Assembly (NCBI GenBank): GCA_964016885.1
Contig: OZ024757.1
Location: forward strand, 9,052,001 to 9,116,000
DNA length: 64,000 nucleotides
Origin: Eledone cirrhosa
Lineage: Eukaryota
Direction: 5' to 3'
Part shown: positions 54,733 through 64,000 of the stretch, in pieces
Layout of the letters: every line of letters begins with the position of its first letter
Position numbering within the stretch: the first letter of the stretch is position 1
Made by a program: the position numbers and the translations under genes
Notes under the pieces: generated by a model
Databases searched by the model: none
The model's input: only the letters and a program-made list of their open reading frames with translations
What the model was told of the DNA's origin: nothing

Positions 54733-56266
54733 CACACACACACACACACACAGACACACATACACACTCACATATATATATATATATATGTGTATGTGAG
54801 TGTGCGCAAATACATATATATATACACACACACATACAAACACACACAAACACATACATATGCATACGTGCACACACACACACATATATCACATAGATAC
54901 GAAGATAAACATATAAATAGAGAGACATACAAATATATACAGAACCCATATACACGTACATACAAACACGCATATACATATACATACATATATACACATA
55001 TATATATTCCTATATACAAGCATACACATACATACACATATATACATATACATACACATATACATACCACACATTCACATACACATACATATATAATACA
55101 TATATATACATATATATACATACATATGTATGTACAATCATATATACACACTCAATCTTACATTCATATCTACATGCTCATATATGTATTTTTATATTTA
55201 GAAATAAATACCAAAACCTATATAGACACCCACCTACACATATATTCATACATATACGCTTACAAAAACAGATGATAATAGTATGGGGGAAAGGGGGGGT
55301 TTGGAGAAGGGGATCAAAGTAAATATATGTTTCAAGAAACATATAATATTTTCCGTATCTTAATTCAATGTATGTTCTTACATATTTTCAGTGCTAGGAA
55401 ATACGAAATCTATGCATCCCAAAATAAAAAAGTATACCATTAATCATATGTTAACTAAACCAAAGATAGTCAACATATTGATTTCCAAGGTGTAAATTAG
55501 TTAGGTTTATAATATTTGAAGCAGAATTATGAAGTCAAACAGTAGTAGATTATTAATTACATTATAACTAAATTAAAGTTAATAACGTTATGGTATCAAT
55601 ATTAGGAGATGAATTTAGTAATAGGGAAAAGAAACCCAAATAAAAATAAAATAAAGTATTACATCGGTAGTAGCATATAAATTATATGTTAACTAAATTA
55701 AAAATTATATATTTATTTCAATAGTATACGTTAATTAGTATATGTTAATTAGGTATACAATACATAAAGCAGATATTGTATTTCATCAATAGCATAATAT
55801 AATTATATGCAAATAAAAATCAAAATTAATACGCATACATATACATATACATACACATACACATATATATACATATACACACATATATATATATATATAC
55901 ATATATATACACATACATACATATATAGTCACATAAATATACATACAGATACACATACAATACATACATATACATATACATATAGATATACATATCTTTT
56001 TCAAAAAATTGCACAGAATATATTAACTAGGTATATATCCAAAACACATCCCATTCTATGATTACATGACATTCTGCAATTCGTCTGTACAAGGATACTA
56101 ATTTTAAGCAAATTAAAATTAAAGTTTTAGGTTGATTAAAACTAAAACCAAATAATAAATATATTTCCAAAATGTATATTAATTAGGTCTATAATACTAA
56201 AAATTCTTTCTCCGTCATAGGATACATGATATTATTTTGTTATATTTTATCTGTAAAAGAATTATA

Positions 56267-56303
<37 letters not shown>

Positions 56304-56491
56304 ATAATAAAAGGTTAAAATAAATTAAAATTAATCTATAAATTAAATTACTGAGTATATATTAGTAATATTTAAAGGTTTTTCAAAATTTATGATTACA
56401 TAATATTTTCTCATCTGTAATAAAATATTAATTAAATTAAATTTATAGGTTAACTAACATTTAAATTAAATTAAATTCTAGAATAATGTTA

Positions 56492-58408
56492 TTAATTAGG
56501 TTTATAATATTTAAATGTTTTTTTTAGTTTATGATTACACGATATAATTAATTCCTGTCTTTTATTTAATAAGATATCCCTAGACTTCATTATTTCAAAT
56601 AGTTCTTGGGAACATAGTCTACATTCCTTTCTATTATTTTGATAAGGGGTGGCTCTTTTGAGCACACTCCAGGTCAAATCATATTTTATATTTTTATTTT
56701 TATAACTATTGATTTTTTCTGCTAGAGATGTTGTATTAGCCAGTGCGGCATTTTTAAAGCTATGTTTGTGGGTATTATACCTTGTCTTAAAATTGTTAGA
56801 GGTAGCTCCTATATATGAGCAAATAGAATCTTTAGTTTTAACATTACATTTATAGACTATGTTGTTAACAAGACAATTCCCTTTTAATGGGCAGTTTGTT
56901 TTGTTTCTACAGTTACATCCTTTCGTTAATTCTGTATTTAAGGAGATATTATTGTTAATTTGATATACTGGTGGTATACTTATGGTTTTCTTACATTTAT
57001 ATGCATTATATGCACTTATATTTTGTTTTATGTTATTTGTTGTAGAGTATGAGAATTTAACTGTAGACCTATTTAAGATTTGATGGTATTTGTGGTTTGG
57101 CGGGAAGTTTTTCTCAAGGATATAAAAAAATTTTTTAGCAATATTATCCTTAACTTGTAAATTAAAAGGAGCATTATACCAAGTAACTCGTCTATTACGG
57201 TTTCTATGTTGTTTATTATTTTTATTATTTTTATATGTTGTATCATGATTTTTACTAGGAGGATTAATGTTAATGATCTCACCACAACTATTTTTAGTTA
57301 TATTTGTAGATTTAGGTGTTTTATCTTTTTTATTAGGAGTTTTATTATTAATATTTATTATAGTCGTATGATGAGTAGTTTTTTGAGGGTTACTATACTT
57401 TATATTAGAAGATTTAGTATTTTGGGGTATACTGTGGGTGGCATTTAGGTGTGTACTTTTCATTTGGTGTTTGTTGGTAATATTATGCTGTATGCTTTCA
57501 GTATTTTTAGTAGAAGGTATATACTCTAATCTATTTTTGTGGCCACTTCTATCTAGAGCTTCATTATAAAAGGTCGCATTTTTATCAAATACATCTTGGT
57601 TAGAAGAAAGGTTAGAAATTCTAAGTGATATATTATATGCAAGGTTTTTAAGGATAGATTTAGGGTGATTAGATTGTGAGTGTATGTAATGTAAGTTTTG
57701 GTTAGGTTTATGGTAAGGTTGGTATATACCCGTAGCTAAATCTAAAGTTATATCTAGGAAATTTACTACTTTACTTGTTTTTTCAAAAGTAATATTAAGA
57801 TTATAATAGTCTTTAAGGAAAGTTCTAATATGCTTTTTGTTTTTTTCGATTTCTGAAAGGCTAAGGTTGTTAGAAAGAAGAAGACAGTCAACACGATATA
57901 AACCACCTTTGAGGTGGGGAAAAGAGGCATTTATGTTGAAAAGGAGAAAGAGGCCCACAAGATCAGTAATTTGGGCGGAATCGCTTGAACCCATAGTAAT
58001 ATCAAAAAGATTACTGTAAGTGTTTCTGGTCCAGTATTCATTCTGAAATTCAATAAGTGTTTGTCTAGCATGTGTAATAATGTTAATGTCATCCGAAGTT
58101 AAATTAGATCTATTTTTAGCAAATATTAATGCTTTGTTCAGGAGTATGGGTGATATAGAAGAATAGTAATTATCTATATCAAATTGTAGGAAAGAAGCAG
58201 AAGATTTACACCTAATATTTTTAAACCAATTAATTACCTGGGAGGTGTTTTCCCAGAGTGGTAAAATAACGTATTTTCTTATTTGTGGGATGACTCTATC
58301 TAAAATTTTTTTGCTAATTATTCCAATATCTGATTTGGAGGGACATATAAGTCTAATAGAAGGATTAGAGTTAAAGTTAGATTTGTGATCTTTCAGGTTG
58401 AAGTGTGG

Positions 58409-58411
<3 letters not shown>
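56492..58411 (-). pseudogene. Naiad-like PLE RT + GIY-YIG endonuclease, 5'-truncated, catalytic YRDD altered to YRVD
   Basis: LKDHKSNF..RLICPSKS, FDIDNYYSSI, FDITMGSSDSAQ, GLYRVD, CNCR..CPLKGNC, IVYKC..YIGATSNNFKTR..H, CRLC..E..LNKRQE..CNHK; 639 sense codons open. Confidence 0.9.
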
Positions 58412-58453
<42 letters not shown>

Positions 58454-58454
<1 letters not shown>

Positions 58455-61326
58455 GGTGGTGGTGGTGGTGGTGGTAGTGGTGGTGGTAGTGGTGGTGGTA
58501 GTGGTAGTGGTGGTGGTGGTGGTAGTGGTGGTGGTAGTGGTGGTAGTGGTGGTAGTGGTGGTGGTGGTAGTGGTGGTGGTAGTGGTGGTGGTAGTGGTGG
58601 CAGTGGTGGTGGTGGTGGTAGTGGTGGTGGTGGTGGTAGTGGTGGTGGTAGTGGTGGTAGTGGTGGTGGTAGTGGTAGTGGTGGTGGTGGTGGTAGTGGT
58701 GGTGGTAGTGGTGGTAGTGGTGGTGGTAGTGGTAGTGGTGGTGGTGGTGGTAGTGGTGGTAGTGGTGGTGGTAGTGGTAGTGGTGGTGGTGGTAGTAGTG
58801 GTGGTAGTGGTGGTAGTGGTGGTGGTGGTGGTAGTGGTGGTGGTAGTGGTGGTGGTAGTGGTGGTAGTGGTGGTGGTGGTGGTATTGGTGGCGGTGGTAG
58901 TGGTGGTAGTGGTGGTGGTGGTATAGGTGGTAGTTGTGGTGGTAGTGGTGGTGGTGGTGGTGGTGGTGGTGGTGGTAGTGGTGGTAGTGGTGGTGGTGGT
59001 GGTAGTTGTGGTGGTGGTGGTGGTGGTAGTGGTGATGGCAGTGTGGTGGTGGTGGTAGTGGTGGTGGTGGTGGTGGTGGTGGTGGTGGTGGCGGTGGTAA
59101 TGGTGGTGGTGGTAGTGGTGGTGGTGGTGGTATTGGTGGTGGTGGTGGTGGTGGTAGTGGTGATGGCAGTGTGGTGATGGCAGTGTGGTGGTGGTGGTAT
59201 TGGTGGCGGTGGTAGTGGTGGTGGTGGTGGTGGTGGTGGTGGTGGTGGTGGTGGTGGTGGTGGTGGTGGTAGTGGTGGTAGTGGTGGTGGTGGTGGTGGT
59301 GGTAGTGGTGGTAGTGGTGGTGGTAGTGGTGGTGGTGGGTAGTAGTGCTGGTGGTGGTGGTGGTGGTGGTAGTGGTGGTGGTAGTGGTGGTGGTGGTGGT
59401 GACGGTGGTGGTGGTATTGGTGGTGGTGGTAGTGGTGGTGGTGGCGATGGTGGTAGTGGTGGTAGTGGTGGTGAGGGTGGTGGTAGTGGGTGGTGGTGGT
59501 GGTGGTAGTGGTGGTGGTAGTGGTGGTGGTAGTGATGGTGGTGGTGGTGGTGGTGGTAGTGGTGGTAGTGGTGGTGGTAGTGTTGGTGGTGGTGGTGGTG
59601 GTGGTGGTGGTAGTGGTGGTGGTGGTGGTGGTGGTGGTGGTGGTAGTGGTGGTGGTGGTGGTAGTGGTAGTTGTGGTGGTGGTGGTAGTGGTGGTGGTAG
59701 TGGTGATGGCAGTGGTGGTGGTGGTGGTGGTATTGGTGGTGGTGGTGGTGGTGGTAGTGGTGGTGGTGGTGGTAGTGGTAGTGGTGGTGGTGGTGGTAGT
59801 GGTGGTGGTAGTGGTGGTGGTAGTGATGGTGGTGGTGGTGGTGGTAGTGGTTGTAGTGGTGGTGGCAGTGGTGGTGGTGGTGGTGGTGGTAGTGGTGGTA
59901 GTGGTGGTGGTGGTGGTAGTGGTGGTGGTGGTGGTAGTGGTGGTGGTGGTGGTAGTGGTAGTTGTGGTGGTGGTGGTGGTGGTGGTGGTAGTGGTGATGG
60001 CAGTGGTGGTGGTGGTGGTGGTATTGGTGGTGGTGGTGGTGGCAGTGGTGGTGGTGGTGGTGGTAGTGGTAGTGGTGGTGGTGGTAGTGGTGGTGGTGGT
60101 GGTAGTGGTAGTGGTGGTGGTGGTGGTAGTGGTGGTGGTAGTGATGGTGGTAGTGATGGTGGTGGTGGTGGTGGTAGTGGTTGTAGTGGTGGTGGCAGTG
60201 GTGGTGGTGGTGGTGGTGGTAGTGGTGGTAGGGGTGGTGGTGGTGGTAGTGGTGGTGGTGGTGGTAGTGGTGGTGGTGGTGGTAGTGGTAGTTGTGGTGG
60301 TGGTGGTGGTGGTGGTGGTAGTGGTGATGGCAGTGGTGGTGGTGGTGGTGGTAGTGGTGGTGGTGGTGGTAGTGGTAGTGGTGGTGGTGGTGGTAGTGGT
60401 GGTGGTAGTGGTGGTGGTAGTGATGGTGGTGGTGGTGGTGGTAGTGGTTGTAGTGGTGGTGGCAGTGGTGGTGGTGGTGGTGGTGGTAGTGGTGGTAGTG
60501 GTGGTGGTGGTGGTAGTGGTGGTGGTGGTGGTAGTGGTGGTGGTGGTGGTAGTGGTAGTTGTGGTGGTGGTGGTGGTGGTGGTGGTAGTGGTGATGGCAG
60601 TGGTGGTGGTGGTGGTGGTATTGGTGGTGGTGGTGGTGGTAGTGGTGGTGGTGGTGGTGGTAGTGGTAGTGGTGGTGGTGGTGGTAGTGGTGGTGGTAGT
60701 GGTGATGGCAGTGGTGGTGGTGGTGGTGGTAGTGGTGGTGGTAGAGGTGTTAGTGGTGGTGGTGGCGGTGATGGCAGTGGTGGTGGTGGTGGTAGTGGTG
60801 GTAGTGTTGGTGATAGTGGTGGTAGTGGTGGTGGTAGTGGTAGTAGTGGTGGTTGTGGTGTTGGTAGTAGTGGTGGTGGGGGAAGTGGAGGTGGTGGTGT
60901 TGGTAGTGGAAGTGGTAGTAGTGGTGGTTGTGGTGGTGGTAGTAGTGGTGGTGGAAGTGGTAGTAGTGGTGGTAGTAGTGGTAGTGGTGGTAGTAGTGGT
61001 GGTGGTTGTGGTGGTGGTAGTAGTGGTGGTGGTTGTGGTGGTGGGTAGTAGTGGTGGTGGTGGAAGTGGTAGTAGTGGTGGTTGTAGTGGTGGTGGTGGA
61101 AGTGGTAGCAGTGGTGGTTGTGGAGGTGGTAGTAGTGGTGGTGGAAGTGGTAGTAGTGGTGGTAGTAGTGGTAGTGGTGGTAGTAGTGGTGGTGGTTGTG
61201 GTGGTGGGTAGTAGTGGTGGTGGTGGAAGTGGTAGTAGTGGTGGTTGTAGTGGTGGTGGTGGAAGTGGTAGCAGTGGTGGTTGTGGAGGTGGTAGTGGTA
61301 GTAGTGGTGGTAGTGGTGGTGGGTGG
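58454..61326. repeat. (GGT/AGT)n triplet array, ~2.9 kb, with higher-order sub-repeats
   Basis: Direct reading; recurring variants GGTAGTTGT, GGTGATGGC and GGTTGTAGT appear in periodic order. Confidence 0.98.
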
Positions 61327-61328
61327 AA

Positions 61329-61549
61329 ATATTCATTAGTTAAGCAAACAAAACCACAAATTTCACAAGGAGGACATTAAAGGATTGTCAACATAATTTT
61401 AGTTAATGGAAGGAATGCAAAGAATAATAATTGTAATTGTATATTATATAATTGTAATTATTATTATTCTTTGCATTCCTTCCATTTTGACAATCCTTTA
61501 ATGGCCTCCTTGAGAAATTTGTGATCTTGTTTGCTTAACTAATGAATAT
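61329..61549. repeat. ~220-bp imperfect palindrome (fold-back/MITE-like)
   Basis: ATATTCATTAGTTAAGCAAACAA..AATGGAAGGAATGCAAAGAATAATAAT is mirrored by ATTATTATTCTTTGCATTCCTTCCATT..TTGTTTGCTTAACTAATGAATAT. Confidence 0.9.
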
Positions 61550-61554
61550 ATATA

Positions 61555-62542
61555 TCATGATCATCATCATCATCATCATCATCACCGTTTTACGTCCGTT
61601 CTTCCATGCTAGCATGGGTTAGATGGGTTGTGCCGTTGTGGGCAGTGTCTGGTCGGCTGACCATGCCTTGCTCATACAGGAACTGATTTGGGTTGAATTC
61701 TACAGCTGGATGCCCTTCCTAACACCAACCTCATTTACAGTGAGTGCTGGGTGCTTTTTCCGTGGCGCCTACACGTCCACTTTACAGTGTGGGCTGGGTG
61801 CTTTTTTGCTGTGGCACCTCCACGACCACCTTGCAGTGGGAGGGTGTGGGGCATATTGTCTATATGCTTCAGCATGTACCCATGGGAGGTCGGGTACTCT
61901 GTATTACTGCGTGACGCCAGAGGTCACGGTTGTGTATCATCGCCTTTGAGAGGTGTAATTGGGTAAGGTCGGCTTTTATCACCTCATCCCAGGGTCTCCC
62001 CACTCCGCGGTTTCCATGACTTCTAGTGCTCTGCACCTTTTTATGCAGCTGTCATCCTTCATACGCATCACATGTCCATACCAACGGAACCGCCTCTCCT
62101 GCACGCAGCATTTGATTCCTCTTACGCTCAGTCTCTCTCTCAATTCGTTTATGGTTTGCCATTCGCATATATTACTATTACACATCCATCGGAGCATGCA
62201 GGCTTCGTTTCTCTCTAATCTACGTAAGTCTTCCACCTTCAGCGCCCAGGTCTCACTACCATGTAACATTGCTGTTCGGATACACGCATCATACAGTCTG
62301 CCTTTCATTTTGAGGGAGAAGCCTTTTGCAGCTAGTAGTGGTAGTAGATCCCTAAACTTCTTCCATCCCGTTCTTACCCTAGTTATTGTACTTTCTGAAC
62401 ACCCACCTCCGCTGCTAATTCGGTCACCTAGGTAGCAGAAGCTGTCTACTGTCTCTACAGAGCCCTCCCAGAGATTGGTGGTACTTGTTTCCTGTGGCTG
62501 TTTGCTGCTTGCTGTCCCAGCACAGCTGCTGCATGTGAAGCC

Positions 62543-62545
<3 letters not shown>
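61555..62545 (-). mobile_element. 5'-truncated RTE LINE, second subfamily
   Basis: FTCSSC (PHD end), [23 protein letters not shown], 3' UTR and (CAT)n tail complement. Confidence 0.92.
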
Positions 62546-62580
<35 letters not shown>

Positions 62581-62628
62581 CATATATGTATGTATATATA
62601 TATATAAAACATATTATAAAGGAAGAAG

Positions 62629-62714
62629 AAATATTAGACATAAATGTTTGTGTACCTCTCATTATATATATATATATATAATGAGAGGTACACAAAAATG
62701 TATGTCTAATATTT
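62629..62714. repeat. Short inverted repeat centred on (TA)n
   Basis: AAATATTAGACATA..GTACCTCTCATTA-(TA)n-ATGAGAGGTAC..TATGTCTAATATTT. Confidence 0.85.
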
Positions 62715-62761
62715 ATATATATTTATATATACAGATAGATATATACAGGTGTATATATATA

Positions 62762-62835
<74 letters not shown>

Positions 62836-62848
62836 TAGATATATACAG

Positions 62849-62900
<52 letters not shown>

Positions 62901-62903
<3 letters not shown>

Positions 62904-63270
62904 TGTTTGAGGTTCACCACTGTATAGAGCTGGTCTATTCCTTCCTTTCTTTCTTTCTTTTACCTTGTGTCATGGGATCGACGTTAACCTATGCTCCCAT
63001 CTCTTTCTGTTTTCGTTCATCTGACCGGTAGTAGCATACTATAAAATTTAGCCACGTCACTCCAGGGCGACCGGCTGAGGTTGAAGGAACAGAATAGCGG
63101 TCGCCCTCGGGTCTCGATTTTCAGCCCCATGGATTTTACCTATTACATTCACGTATTATATTTCGAATACCTGATGATATCACCGGATTCATACGGAACC
63201 CGGTCATTGAAATGATCATAGTATAATAAACCTTTCAAGGATTTACACAAATCCAGCCTCCTGTCATTTC
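62901..63270 (+). mobile_element. Solo pseudo-LTR-like element (TATA box, hairpin, HHR, AATAAA)
   Basis: TATAAAA at 63040, hairpin AGGGCGACCG..CGGTCGCCCT, HHR, AATAAA at 63225; bounded by (TA)n. Confidence 0.62.
63167..63224 (+). ncRNA. Type-I hammerhead ribozyme
   Basis: ATAC-CTGATGA-TATCACCGG..CCGGTCATT-GAAA-TGATCA-TA-GTAT; palindromic stem III; the base of stem II is imperfect. Confidence 0.78.
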
Positions 63271-63323
<53 letters not shown>

Positions 63324-63450
63324 CAAAGGGAATGTGGTAAGGAACCAGGTGGACCATAACGCACCATAACGTCCAGAATTAGCCGTCGAAACGGCTTGAG
63401 CTCAGCTGTCGGGGTCTTACTGGTTCCTATATATATATATATATATATAT

Positions 63451-64000
63451 ATAAAAACAAATAACGAAACGAAATTAAACTTCGTTTCGTTTGTAACTCA
63501 CTTTTGTATGACTGACGCTTAAACAATTAAGTTAAAGATGTACATCCATATATGTATACTGAAATACTAGTATGTATATGAATACACACACGTATACATA
63601 TGTAGATGTACCAAGTTTTTTCACTGGTCACTTTACTGTGAGTGGCCAGCTATTCTGTATGTAAACACACAGACAAACCGGTTTTTAGAGTCATACTGGT
63701 TTTTGAGGAAACACCTTTCCTCTATTCTCCAGAAAGCCAGACAAGGAATATTGAACTAGTTTCGTTGTTGTTACAACTCATCAGCAATATTTACCTATCT
63801 TCCGGCCTCTCTAGAGAATCGTAAAAGCACATATCGTTATATGCTTTTTCTATGAAAATTAGTAGTGGGCAGACTAATTTGCATAGAGTGTGAGTAAGTA
63901 CCGGTTCAACGGAGACGATAAAAACAAATAACGAAACGAAATTAAACTTCGTTTCGTTTGTAACTCACTTTTGTATGACTGACGCTTAAACAATTAAGTT
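63451..64000 (-). repeat. 467-bp tandem unit with HHR (continues past the window end)
   Basis: ATAAAAACAAATAACGAAACGAAATT.. recurs at 63451 and 63918. Confidence 0.85.
63747..63791 (-). ncRNA. Minimal type-I hammerhead ribozyme
   Basis: AATATTG-CTGATGA-GTTG(TAACAA)CAAC-GAAA-CTAG-TT-CAATATT: perfect 7-bp stem I, intact core, palindromic stem III. Confidence 0.92.

Larger units (their letters stand above)
52590..58411 (-). mobile_element. 5'-truncated PLE, probably Naiad clade, with a long microsatellite-rich downstream region ending in HHRs
   Basis: RT-GIY-YIG ORF at 56492-58411 and same-strand HHRs at 53167 and 52649. Linkage of the HHRs to this ORF is inferred from strand and position only. 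Confidence 0.7.

Noticed and set aside
56492-57000. Selenocysteine recoding, as reported for some Naiad PLEs
   Set aside because: There is no in-frame TGA; the conserved cysteines use ordinary codons.
56492-61336. 1614-aa His/Pro/Thr-rich protein fused to an RT
   Set aside because: The N-terminal ~975 aa is stop-free read-through of the (ACC)n array and a (TA)n tract; only 56492-58411 is real PLE coding sequence.
58398-61380. Gly-rich or poly-Val structural protein on the + strand
   Set aside because: Pure triplet repeat, open in several frames, with phase shifts and no unique coding flanks.

Overview
Gene-free, repeat-saturated animal DNA. The (TA)n/(CA)n seas, tRNA/CORE-type SINEs and RTE LINEs with (GAT)n tails suggest an octopus or other cephalopod genome (inference). 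Contents: two Helitrons (one near-complete RepHel, one internally deleted); many RTE-clade LINE copies, one with an 817-aa intact ORF carrying a PHD finger inside the RT region; SINEs that share the RTE 3' tail; and three distinct Penelope-like elements (PLEs). The PLEs are a near-intact tandem Nematis-like element, a 5'-truncated Naiad-like element and a decayed Penelope/Poseidon-like fragment (clade names are inference from motifs). There is also a ~14-kb segmental duplication (11.2-25.0 kb vs 38.7-53.1 kb) with copy-specific insertions, a 200-N gap and a 2.9-kb (GGT)n array. The most striking signal is about nine unrelated type-I hammerhead ribozyme (HHR) families, from textbook to degenerate, found by eye. 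They sit in PLE pseudo-LTRs or in ORF-less 467/485/533-bp tandem units (retrozyme-like), all inserted in (TA)n and often with fold-back tails. Several have very long stem II extensions. Most long low-complexity ORFs in the supplied track are microsatellite artefacts. Element boundaries were read by eye and may be off by a few to tens of bases.
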